A stretch of 32,276 bases of DNA from IMG/VR virus record IMGVR_UViG_3300005662_002409, positions 1 through 32,276 of that record. One strand, given 5' to 3'. Positions 1 to 8,225 of the stretch are shown piece after piece. The stretch's first letter is position 1. Every line of letters starts with the position of its first letter. Below the pieces are notes generated by a model. That model had not been told where the DNA came from and did not search any database. It was given only the letters and a program-made list of their open reading frames with translations. This stretch comes from a virus. Taxonomy: Duplodnaviria > Caudoviricetes. The translations under genes were made by a program, and so were the position numbers.

Positions 1-1
1 C

Positions 2-1003
2 AGTTGGGCAGAGTATCAAGAAAAGATTAATCAACAAGATGTTAGCGTAACTTGTAAGCACTGTATTAATCAGGATGCCGCCGGTATAAAAAGTTCCAAG
101 AATAACTTTTACAGTGACGAATTAGTCATCGGTGCATTCTTTGATAATATATGCAATTTAAAATGTGTTACCTGCGGTCCTAGTAATAGTACTCAATGGA
201 TCAAGGATTACCGCTTATATAAGCCAAAGCAGGATACTACAGCATGGAGTAAGCTACAAACCTATGCTCCTGCTAAATTAGACTTTATAAAGACCATTTT
301 AGCTGACACAGAGTTTAATAAATTACGATTTGAATTATACGGTGGTGAGCCATTGATTGGCTCACAGAGCTTACAGTTCTTAGATTGGCTCTATGAACAG
401 CCCTATGCTGACCGTACTACTATTGCTATTACTACCAATGGTACAACATACTTGCCCGACTTTGAACGTTACATTGATAAGTTTAATTGCAATATAATGT
501 TTAGCATTGACGGCACAGGTCCCGAATTCGAATACCTTCGTACAAATGCAGTATTTGACCAGGTTCAGGCTGTAATAGATTCTTATAGAACTAATCTTCT
601 ATTAAAATTCAGTGATCGAGTTCAGATGAGTTTTAACTATACCTTGTCCTGGATGAATAGTCTACACTTCGCAGACTTTCATAATTGGGCAACTAGCAGA
701 TACCCTGAGATGGATATAAAGATATCTGTATTAGAAGGACCTGGTGGCTTTTCAATTAATGCACTGACCCCAGGTGTAAGAAAAAGTATTTGCGAATTAG
801 CAGTTAGCAGGATGCCCTGTGACACTGACAGTAAGAACTTATATCAATTATCAATGCTGGCTAAAACTCCTTGGCAGGGTACGCAAGTGCTACAGTTTGG
901 TCTCAGAGATTTAGAAAAGCTAGACAAAATACGTAATAGAAATTACAAGGAAACCTTTAAGGAAGTACTAGCTCTGATAACCCACTCATACGATAAGTAC
1001 TAG
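2..1003 (+). CDS. Radical SAM protein (twitch/SPASM-type), 5'-truncated by the window edge
   Basis: The frame of ORF 353..1003 is open back to position 2 and encodes CKHC, CNLKCVTC (CxxxCxxC), ELYGGEP, ITTNGT and FSIDG. The listed 353 start is internal. Confidence 0.9.
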   Translation, partial: SWAEYQEKINQQDVSVTCKHCINQDAAGIKSSKNNFYSDELVIGAFFDNICNLKCVTCGPSNSTQWIKDYRLYKPKQDTTAWSKLQTYAPAKLDFIKTILADTEFNKLRFELYGGEPLIGSQSLQFLDWLYEQPYADRTTIAITTNGTTYLPDFERYIDKFNCNIMFSIDGTGPEFEYLRTNAVFDQVQAVIDSYRTNLLLKFSDRVQMSFNYTLSWMNSLHFADFHNWATSRYPEMDIKISVLEGPGGFSINALTPGVRKSICELAVSRMPCDTDSKNLYQLSMLAKTPWQGTQVLQFGLRDLEKLDKIRNRNYKETFKEVLALITHSYDKY

Positions 1004-1020
1004 CATAATAGGATTTCGCT

Positions 1021-2181
1021 GTGACCAAGAAAATTTGTATAATGATGACCAACAACCTCGAAGTATGGCAAGGAGGTGATGTAAAACCCTGCTGTATATA
1101 CCGAGGTACCTGGGGCAATATCAACAACTACGACAAAATTGCAAATGTACAAGATAGCATTGCCAGCGAACTAACCACAGATCATCAAGGCTGTAGCATG
1201 TGCTGGGAACATGAGCGCATGGGCATAGAAAGCAAGCGCATACAGAATAACAAATGGTTAGACTTACATCGCCAAGGCGAAATTAAAGTTGTACCTAACA
1301 TCTTAGAAATTAAACTCAGTAACTTATGCAATCTGGCTTGCACTACCTGTGGCGCAGAGTCTAGCAGTATATGGGCAAATAAACTAAACATTAAAGCAGA
1401 ATTAAATCAATTTACTAAAAAAGGTGCAGAAGAACGTCTGGCAAATATGCTGGATCTAATAGAGCGCAGGGGTGTTAATACTCTTAACCTATTAGGTGGT
1501 GAACCTACTATGAATCCTGAAGCAAAGGCATTATTAGATCGATTGATAGAACTGGGATGGAACGATCGCATTGCTATACAGTTAGTAACCAACGGAGTAG
1601 ACATTGAAGACTTTATGCTCAAGTATGCAGACAAGTTTAACTTCAATGTTAACCTTAGCTTAGACGGCAAAGATGAAGTATACGAATACATGCGATGGGG
1701 CGGTCGTTGGGCCGACATCTTAAAGACTGTGGAACTATTAGGTAACTTACAACGTACAGTTACTAAAGAACTATTAGTCAACATCACCTACACTTACAGC
1801 ATTTTAAACCTATTCCATTATACAGAATTTAAGCAATGGACCGAGGAAGAATTACCTAAATTTCTAGAGCTCAAAGGTCTACATTTAAATCGTGTAGACT
1901 GGCCTATTGAATTAGAAGCCAGAACTATGCGTGAAGAAATGCGTCTGCAACTGCATCCGGATATTAAGGATAAAGTTATACAGCATGTGTCAGACAAGAC
2001 TCGCAGAAAGACTCCTTTAAAAGACGAACTGTTAGTTAATAGAGATGCACCACGTGGTATTAGCTACAGAGAATATAAGTTAGATCCGTTGGATCTAAAG
2101 AATATGACCTTAGTAATCAATGACGAGCGTAAGCACTACGGGCGTCTTATTTCCGAACAAACTTCTCGTAATACCGGTTAA
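1021..2181 (+). CDS. Radical SAM protein with N-terminal twitch-like Cys cluster
   Basis: Contains KPCC...CSMC, CNLACTTC, LLGGEPT, VTNG and LSLDG...YEYMRWG. GTG start with an AGGA SD. Confidence 0.9.
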   Translation: MTKKICIMMTNNLEVWQGGDVKPCCIYRGTWGNINNYDKIANVQDSIASELTTDHQGCSMCWEHERMGIESKRIQNNKWLDLHRQGEIKVVPNILEIKLSNLCNLACTTCGAESSSIWANKLNIKAELNQFTKKGAEERLANMLDLIERRGVNTLNLLGGEPTMNPEAKALLDRLIELGWNDRIAIQLVTNGVDIEDFMLKYADKFNFNVNLSLDGKDEVYEYMRWGGRWADILKTVELLGNLQRTVTKELLVNITYTYSILNLFHYTEFKQWTEEELPKFLELKGLHLNRVDWPIELEARTMREEMRLQLHPDIKDKVIQHVSDKTRRKTPLKDELLVNRDAPRGISYREYKLDPLDLKNMTLVINDERKHYGRLISEQTSRNTG

Positions 2182-3043
2182 CTTCGTGTTCTACAGGGTA
2201 AGGAACTTGCCCAACATTGATGTTTCTATTAACATCTAATGCTCGGTGATTTAAGCAGTTTCCGGCTCGCATGTCTTCATTCCTTACCCATGGCGTATCA
2301 GCCCAGGGCAATCCAGTTGTATCAAATAATTCCAACCCTTCTTCTATGGTCATTGGAACTATCTGGCTGCACCATTTCTTAGCAAAGTATTCAAAGTTAT
2401 AGACGAACCAAGGACTATGTTCTCCGGAATTACTGCTAAAACTGTGAATATTGTAAAAGCTAGAATCTTGCTCCGGAGTACTAAACTCGTAAAGCAAATT
2501 GTGTGTTGTTAATGGATTAAGATTTTTACCGCTGTTCATCCTGATCCATAAGTCCACACTTTCAAAGTGAGTAATTGTATAATTCTCATCACACAACCAA
2601 TCATTGTCTAAAAAGTACTTAGGGTTTAAACTAAAGAACTGCCCTACATCAGAATCGACACCATTGGGTCTCCACATATCACGTCGCATATTTGGAAAGT
2701 AAGCAAAGTCTTTAGTAGTCCATTGGTCATTAAACAGTAAGTCAAAACACTTACGGTCTAAGACTTCTACATCGGCTTGCATCACAACAATACGGTCAGC
2801 ACCTAACATTGCGCCTGTGCGAATAAACCAATTATATCCGCCTGTGGTGCCTAGATTATTTTCTGTTATATGATGTTGGGCACCAAATTCTTGACACCAC
2901 TGAGCAATAGATTCTTGATTGCCATTGTCTAGGAAAATTAATTGACAGTCTTCAGGGAAGATGTTATAATAGTTTTCTCGGGTATACCACTGGGCCCAAT
3001 GGTTTCCTTCTCGGTAAGTTAGAATAAAAATTATTTTTTTCAC
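2147..3043 (-). CDS. Glycosyltransferase family 2-like (GT-A fold) protein, paralog A
   Basis: Contains ILTY, FLDNG, NLGTTGGYN, QADVE (degenerate DxD position) and DENY..HFESVD, matching the GT2 motif order. Confidence 0.7.
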   Translation of the reverse strand: MKKIIFILTYREGNHWAQWYTRENYYNIFPEDCQLIFLDNGNQESIAQWCQEFGAQHHITENNLGTTGGYNWFIRTGAMLGADRIVVMQADVEVLDRKCFDLLFNDQWTTKDFAYFPNMRRDMWRPNGVDSDVGQFFSLNPKYFLDNDWLCDENYTITHFESVDLWIRMNSGKNLNPLTTHNLLYEFSTPEQDSSFYNIHSFSSNSGEHSPWFVYNFEYFAKKWCSQIVPMTIEEGLELFDTTGLPWADTPWVRNEDMRAGNCLNHRALDVNRNINVGQVPYPVEHEVNRYYEKFVRK

Positions 3044-3073
3044 ACTAGTATATAGCCATTAAACTGCTAACAT

Positions 3074-3081
3074 TATAAATA
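3074..3081 (+). promoter_or_regulatory. T4-type late promoter TATAAATA
   Basis: Exact T4 late consensus in the intergenic gap upstream of the 3112 operon. Confidence 0.6.
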
Positions 3082-3111
3082 CCAGAAATACTACAACAAA
3101 GGTCCGCCGCC

Positions 3112-3543
3112 ATGCTAATAATTGTCAATACCATCGATCATCCATACTTGAATTTAATCAAGGACGACCCCGTTCGCCCGGAAATTCCTGTGGAAGAACG
3201 TGTTGGCCAGAATCGCACTATCTTTGTTTTAGAAAAAGACGGTGAACCTGCGGCGGTAGTATGTGTTAGCTTTCAGGACTTTGTTCCTACACTGGTAAGT
3301 CAGCTTATTCCTAGTCAAGCTGAACCACAGACTGCTATCTTTTATACCATCTGGAGTTATAAAGCAGGCGCAGGCCGTGATTTAATCATGGCCGCTCGTA
3401 AGCATATTCTAGAAACAATGCCCAGCGTACAACGTTTTGTAACACTAAGCCCTAAAACAGAAATGGCACGTAGATTCCACTTAAAGAATGGTGCGGCTGT
3501 TCTACAGGAAAACGGTGAAACTGTTAACTACGAGTACGCATGA
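3112..3543 (+). CDS. Small GNAT-fold protein resembling the malonyl-CoA decarboxylase catalytic domain
   Basis: Contains RTIFVL..GEPAAVVCVS, TAIFYTIW, GRDLI, FVTLSP and a GNAT-like end ARRFHLKNG. Confidence 0.55.
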   Translation: MLIIVNTIDHPYLNLIKDDPVRPEIPVEERVGQNRTIFVLEKDGEPAAVVCVSFQDFVPTLVSQLIPSQAEPQTAIFYTIWSYKAGAGRDLIMAARKHILETMPSVQRFVTLSPKTEMARRFHLKNGAAVLQENGETVNYEYA

Positions 3544-4424
3544 AAACTCTTGTTATAGGCGGCAGTGGTTACATAGGTAGTGCATTAGTTGCCAAGCTAG
3601 GCGCAGATAGCCTAGACATTAAATGGTTCGGTGGGCCAGACCCCACAGTAATTGCACACTATAATAGTCTGCCAGCTGACTTTTACAACAACTACGATTG
3701 TATTGTATTGCTGGCTGCTCACAGTAGCATGGCTATGTGTGCAGACAACTATGCAAGTGCATGGCAAAATAACGTAACTGCACTCAGTGGACTTATTAGC
3801 AAACTAAATGCCAATCAAACTTTAATCTATGCCAGCAGTGGTAGCGTATATGGCAACGGTGGCTTAGATAGACAAGAGTCAATGACTTTGGCCACTGCTC
3901 AAATTGAGTATGACTTAACTAAGCAAATTGGCGAGCAAATAGCCTATGGTGCTAAATGTAAAACTGTAGGACTTAGGTTTGGTACACTTAGTGGATATAA
4001 TCCTGTGGCCCGTAGCGATTTAATGCTAAATGCTATGACAATTAGTGCTAAGAACACAGGCGAGATTAACTGCTATAATGGCACTAATCACAGAAGCATA
4101 CTAGGCATCAACGATTGTGTAAGGGCTATCTGTGCTATTATTGCCCAGCCCGAACTGTCAGATCAACATGATATTTTTAACCTATCCAGCTTTGGTGGTA
4201 GCATTGATAGCTTTGCCGCAGTAGCTGGATCAATATTGAACGTGCCGGTGATTCGTCATCCGGAAATTACCAACCATTTCAGCTTCGAATTAAACAGCTC
4301 AAAATTTGAACGCAGATACAACTTTCATTTCGAGGACACAGCAGAGTCTATAATTACTAGCATACTAGAAAATTATGACTCTATTGTATGGAGTCCTAGA
4401 AATGAAAAGATCAAATATGTATAA
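3540..4424 (+). CDS. NAD-dependent epimerase/dehydratase (extended SDR)
   Basis: Contains GGSGYIG, YASSGSVYG, catalytic YDLTK (YxxxK) and LRFGT. Confidence 0.92.
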   Translation: MKTLVIGGSGYIGSALVAKLGADSLDIKWFGGPDPTVIAHYNSLPADFYNNYDCIVLLAAHSSMAMCADNYASAWQNNVTALSGLISKLNANQTLIYASSGSVYGNGGLDRQESMTLATAQIEYDLTKQIGEQIAYGAKCKTVGLRFGTLSGYNPVARSDLMLNAMTISAKNTGEINCYNGTNHRSILGINDCVRAICAIIAQPELSDQHDIFNLSSFGGSIDSFAAVAGSILNVPVIRHPEITNHFSFELNSSKFERRYNFHFEDTAESIITSILENYDSIVWSPRNEKIKYV

Positions 4425-5610
4425 AAGACTTGACCAATGCTTATGCTGTGGCAACACCGATTTGTTTACAGTACTAGATTTAAACACACAACCTCCCGCT
4501 AACAGTTTTCACAAGCCCGAAGAGCAGTTACCTGATTATGAACTTAAACTCATGGGTTGTGGTCGTTGCTGGCATACACAGCTAAGTGTAGCAGTAGACC
4601 CCAGTGAGCTGTTTAAGCACTATCTATATGTCAGCGGTACTAGCAAGACCTTAAAGGAATACTTTGATTGGTTTGCCGGTGTTTACCACTTGCCTGATTT
4701 TAGAAAGCCTAGGGTATTAGACATTGCCTGCAATGATGGCACACAGTTAGATAGTTTTAAAGATCTAGGTTGGGATACCTGGGGAGTCGACCCTGCTGAA
4801 AACCTGCATCCCGTTAGCACAGGCAAGGGACATAAAGTCAAGTGTGCTTTTTGGAATCAAGAAACAGCCAAGGGCATGCCTAAGTTCGATCTAATCACAG
4901 CGCAGAATGTGTTTGCTCACACAGCAGAAGTCAGTGAGTTTCTCAAAGCCTGTAAGAAGGTTATGCGGCCCGATACTATCTTAGTCATACAAACTAGTCA
5001 AGCAATGATGTTTGATCGTAATGAGTTTGACACTATCTATCATGAGCATATTAGTTTCTTTAGTACTAGCAGTATGCAAGCGATTGCCAAGAAGCACAAA
5101 CTATTCTTACATCGTGTATACACTACAGACATTCATGGTACTAGCTATGTGTTTGAATTGCGTAAAAGACCCAGCGATAGCTCTATTGTTAGACAACAGT
5201 TAGAAGAAGAACAATATAGATATAATCGCAAGTTCTATGCTGATTATCAAACAAAAGCAATGGAGTGTTTAACTAACCTTAAGAACTACATTGACCTAAA
5301 ACGTAGTGCAGGAGTTAAAGTTATTGGTTATGGTGCTGCCGCCAAAGGCATGACTGTAATCAATGCAGGCAAAATTAAGCTAGACTATATTGTAGATGAC
5401 AATCCTTTAAAGCAAGGATTGCTATGCCCTGGCAGCGATATACCTGTTTATGGATCTAACATACTAGCTGACGAACGGGACAATGTTGTAATTGTTCCAC
5501 TGGCTTGGAACTTCTTCGACGAGATCAAAGCAAAAGCTAGATCCTTGCGTCCAGGTTACCTAGATACCTTTGTTAAGTATTTTCCTGTCTTAAAGATGGA
5601 AACTGATTAA
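4417..5610 (+). CDS. NDP-hexose C-methyltransferase (Zn-binding N-domain, class I MTase, C-terminal domain)
   Basis: Contains CLCC...CGRC, DIACNDG, NVFAH, FDTIYHEH, HGTS, GYGAAAKG, DDNPLKQG and LAWNF. Start taken as ATG 4417, overlapping the epimerase stop. Confidence 0.9.
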   Translation: MYKRLDQCLCCGNTDLFTVLDLNTQPPANSFHKPEEQLPDYELKLMGCGRCWHTQLSVAVDPSELFKHYLYVSGTSKTLKEYFDWFAGVYHLPDFRKPRVLDIACNDGTQLDSFKDLGWDTWGVDPAENLHPVSTGKGHKVKCAFWNQETAKGMPKFDLITAQNVFAHTAEVSEFLKACKKVMRPDTILVIQTSQAMMFDRNEFDTIYHEHISFFSTSSMQAIAKKHKLFLHRVYTTDIHGTSYVFELRKRPSDSSIVRQQLEEEQYRYNRKFYADYQTKAMECLTNLKNYIDLKRSAGVKVIGYGAAAKGMTVINAGKIKLDYIVDDNPLKQGLLCPGSDIPVYGSNILADERDNVVIVPLAWNFFDEIKAKARSLRPGYLDTFVKYFPVLKMETD

Positions 5611-6478
5611 AGAATCTAGCGATCTCATACTCAGTAGCATAGCCCGGGTAACCATGCTCCTCCCATCTACTGGGATCGTAAGGTAATCGTTTGCCACCGC
5701 TGGCTACTACCTGGTCGTAGTAAGGCTTGTTATATTTGTACCACGGACCGTGACTGTCCTCAATGCCCTTAGTGGCCTGATCAATTAACATGCTAGCATG
5801 ATGCACTCTTAATTGAAACATCGGGCTGTTAATTACAAATGCCCTATGCGGCGGAATAACCTGTGACTCACATCTTTCGTAATGTTGTTCATTCATGCAC
5901 ATCATGTACGGCAAGTTGATCCATTTCATCTTTCCAGTTTGACGACAATACATTATGAATTCAACATCATCGAAATGCGTAACAACATAGTTGTCGTCGA
6001 AGTAGCAGTCTTTATCTGCCATAACTTTAGGTTTAAAGCCAACAATATTACCTAGATTGTGTATATTGTGATCCCATGGCTTATGTAGTTCTTCGGCTAA
6101 CCAATAGTTGTCTAGATGTTGCGGCCAGCATATAAAATGTGTATCTCCTAGTGCTTCAGTGGCTTTGTAAGTTAGCAGTAAAGGCATAGCATTACTCATC
6201 TCTACGTCAGCTTGTATTAGCACAGCATTATCCAGGCCCATTTGTAAGGCAACTTTGAACATCCAATTATAGCCGCCTGCACTGCCAATGTTATATTCAC
6301 TGGCGTAATAAGTGTAACCATGCTGTTCACACCACTGTTTCATCTTAGGTTGGTTGCCGTTGTCTAAGACAACAAAATGAATGTTATGAGGTCTAAAGTG
6401 TTGGTTAACGAACTCAGTGGGGTATATATCACACCAAAAGTCTTGTTCGTTGTAGGTTAATAAGAATACATGAAGCAT
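5573..6478 (-). CDS. Glycosyltransferase family 2-like protein, paralog B
   Basis: Contains LLTY, VLDNG, NIGSAGGYN, QADVE and DDNYVVTHFDDVE. Collinear with 2147..3043. Confidence 0.7.
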   Translation of the reverse strand: MLHVFLLTYNEQDFWCDIYPTEFVNQHFRPHNIHFVVLDNGNQPKMKQWCEQHGYTYYASEYNIGSAGGYNWMFKVALQMGLDNAVLIQADVEMSNAMPLLLTYKATEALGDTHFICWPQHLDNYWLAEELHKPWDHNIHNLGNIVGFKPKVMADKDCYFDDNYVVTHFDDVEFIMYCRQTGKMKWINLPYMMCMNEQHYERCESQVIPPHRAFVINSPMFQLRVHHASMLIDQATKGIEDSHGPWYKYNKPYYDQVVASGGKRLPYDPSRWEEHGYPGYATEYEIARFFNQFPSLRQENT

Positions 6479-6482
6479 TGAG

Positions 6483-6500
6483 TATTTAAATCAGTATTTA
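6483..6500 (-). promoter_or_regulatory. Tandem late-type promoter motifs (TAAATA x2)
   Basis: The minus strand reads TAAATACTGATTTAAATACTCA-ATG. The proximal motif is 4 nt from the ATG at 6478. Confidence 0.55.
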
Positions 6501-6549
6501 GAATGGTGAAAATTACACCTATGTCAACTTAGAAGATAATTAACAATGC

Positions 6550-6625
6550 GCCCTTATAGCTCAGCTGGTAGAGCAACTGATTTGTAATCAGTAGGTCCCG
6601 TGTTCGAATCATGGTGGGGGCACCA
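6550..6625 (+). tRNA. tRNA-Thr(UGU)
   Basis: Acceptor stem GCCCTTA/TGGGGGC, anticodon arm ACTGA-TTTGTAA-TCAGT, T-loop TTCGAAT, encoded CCA; 76 nt. Confidence 0.97.
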
Positions 6626-6647
6626 GAATTTATAAAAGGATATCCAA

Positions 6648-6974
6648 ATGAAACAATATGCATTAGCACTAACGCTAGCTGTAGCATCAATGGGTGCAAT
6701 CGCTGAAACAGCAGACGCACAGATCAAGAAAGCTGACCCTAACAAGCAGTACATGATTGATCGTGTTGCTCAGTTTGATACTAACAAAGATGGTGTTGTT
6801 AGTGACAAGGAATTCTTTGCCAAGTGCCCAAATGGTGACAAGGCAAACTTTGCCAAGGCCGATAAGAATAGCAACAAGGAACTAAGTCAAGTTGAAATCC
6901 GCTTGGCTAAGGAATTTTTGTTCAAGGGCTGTGAAGCTCTTAAAGCTGGCGACAGCAAGAGCGACAGTAAGTAA
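6648..6974 (+). CDS. Secreted EF-hand (Ca-binding) protein
   Basis: Signal peptide ending ADA, two EF-hand loops DTNKDGVVSDKE and DKNSNKELSQVE, two Cys, AAGGA SD. Confidence 0.8.
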   Translation: MKQYALALTLAVASMGAIAETADAQIKKADPNKQYMIDRVAQFDTNKDGVVSDKEFFAKCPNGDKANFAKADKNSNKELSQVEIRLAKEFLFKGCEALKAGDSKSDSK

Positions 6975-6975
6975 T

Positions 6976-7056
<81 letters not shown>

Positions 7057-7059
7057 AGT

Positions 7060-7156
7060 TTGGGACTAAGCGGTGTAAATAGGGAACCCGCTGAATGTCG
7101 GACTGCTGGTAAAACCGTTAAATGTCACCTATGACATGCAGGACACAAGATCCCAA
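7060..7156 (+). ncRNA. Candidate structured ncRNA of unknown family
   Basis: Closing stem TTGGGA/TCCCAA, internal stems AGCGG/CCGCT, TGTC..CTGC/GCAG-GACA, GGT/ACC and TGTC/GACA, plus complementary loops ATAGG/CCTAT. Lies between tRNA-Ala and a terminator. Confidence 0.6.
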
Positions 7157-7162
7157 TACACT

Positions 7163-7193
7163 AAAATACCAGGGTAACACCTGGTATTTTTTT
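7163..7193 (+). terminator. Intrinsic terminator (possibly bidirectional)
   Basis: AAAATACCAGG-GTAACA-CCTGGTATTTT continuing into a T7 run. Confidence 0.85.
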
Positions 7194-7207
7194 CTAAGGA
7201 AACTCTA

Positions 7208-7432
7208 ATGTTTTATTTTTTAGTTGTGCAGTTCTTTACACTAGCAGGAAAACCACTAGGTGAACCCATTGTAGATACTGTGCATACTATGGAAGAATGT
7301 CAGCGGGCTAAAGGACTTTACGAAAGAATACTTGTTGAGCAAGGACAAGCGACCAAAGTCATTAAAGTCTATTGCTATAATAGAGAAGAATATAATGTGT
7401 TCGTTAAAGAATCACTGGCACATGTTGACTAA
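7208..7432 (+). CDS. Hypothetical small protein (hydrophobic N-terminus, 2 Cys)
   Basis: TAAGGA SD and ATG; fills the gap between genes. Confidence 0.7.
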   Translation: MFYFLVVQFFTLAGKPLGEPIVDTVHTMEECQRAKGLYERILVEQGQATKVIKVYCYNREEYNVFVKESLAHVD

Positions 7433-7440
7433 GTAGTGCT

Positions 7441-8076
7441 ATGAAACAGATAGCATTAGCCATACTAGCATTAATCACTGCCCAAACAGCAGAAGCAAAA
7501 ACCAAGGTCGCAGTAGGCGGCCAAGTGATTGCTGGCGGCAGTACAACAGCAAACGTAGCTGTAGATCACAGTTGGGAAAAAGGTCCTAAGCAGTACTTGG
7601 TAGACTTTGATTACTTCTACGATGATGGCAAGCGTAAACGCAATGACGGTCAATTAGAAGTTAAAGCTAACCAAAGCCTAGATACCAAGAACTATTTGTT
7701 TGTCACAGGCCGTGCAGATTATAACGAGTTTCGTGCTAATCAGGAAAAGTACATCGGTGGCATTGGCTACGGACGTAAGCTGGTTCGTAGCGAGCATGTT
7801 AAACTTAGCAACGAAGTTAGTACAGGCTTTTTGAAAAATAGAAATGGCTGGGAGCCTGTTGTTCGTAATAGTGTATGGGTATCTGTTAAGCTAGGTGACA
7901 AGAGCGAACTAGTTAACAAGTTTTTAGTTGAGCAAGGCAGTGAAACGTTTGTACGAAATAAGACTCAATTAAAATATATGGTTACAAAAAACTTTAACGT
8001 AGGTATCACTAATACCTATATCAAAGACCCTGCCAATAGAAATATCACACTATTCAATTTTGGCGTAGATTTTTAA
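7441..8076 (+). CDS. DUF481/YdiY-like outer-membrane beta-barrel protein
   Basis: Signal peptide (AEA), alternating amphipathic strands, GGIGYG motif and C-terminal FNFGVDF BAM signal. Confidence 0.75.
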   Translation: MKQIALAILALITAQTAEAKTKVAVGGQVIAGGSTTANVAVDHSWEKGPKQYLVDFDYFYDDGKRKRNDGQLEVKANQSLDTKNYLFVTGRADYNEFRANQEKYIGGIGYGRKLVRSEHVKLSNEVSTGFLKNRNGWEPVVRNSVWVSVKLGDKSELVNKFLVEQGSETFVRNKTQLKYMVTKNFNVGITNTYIKDPANRNITLFNFGVDF

Positions 8077-8080
8077 TCAC

Positions 8081-8109
8081 TTGACATAGTTAAAAATTAG
8101 TGTTACACT
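8081..8109 (+). promoter_or_regulatory. Sigma70-like promoter for tRNA-Val and downstream genes
   Basis: TTGACA, 17-nt spacer ending in TGT, then TACACT. Confidence 0.75.
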
Positions 8110-8134
8110 GGTATCACTAGTTAAGTAAATGCAT

Positions 8135-8209
8135 GCGGGATTAGCTCAGCGGTAGAGCGTCTCCTTTACACGGAGAGGGCCGGGAGTTCGATCCTCTCAT
8201 CCCGCACCA
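8135..8209 (+). tRNA. tRNA-Val(UAC)
   Basis: Acceptor stem GCGGGAT/ATCCCGC, anticodon arm TCTCC-TTTACAC-GGAGA, T-loop TTCGATC, CCA. Confidence 0.97.
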
Positions 8210-8225
8210 TTATTGCGAGTCGGCT

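Noticed and set aside
6499-6527. Minus-strand TTGACA upstream of GT paralog B
   Set aside because: There is no acceptable -10 at 16-18 nt spacing. The TAAATA motifs explain the locus better.
6529-6754. Minus-strand ORFs over tRNA-Thr and the EF-hand gene (similarly 10346..10651 over tRNA-Ser)
   Set aside because: These are antisense shadows of tRNAs and real genes.
7060-7156. Purine riboswitch, pistol or HDV/theta ribozyme identity for the structured RNA (ACCGTTAAATGTC, TAAGCG motifs)
   Set aside because: Motif order and junction sequences do not fit those consensus structures by eye, so it is left unassigned.
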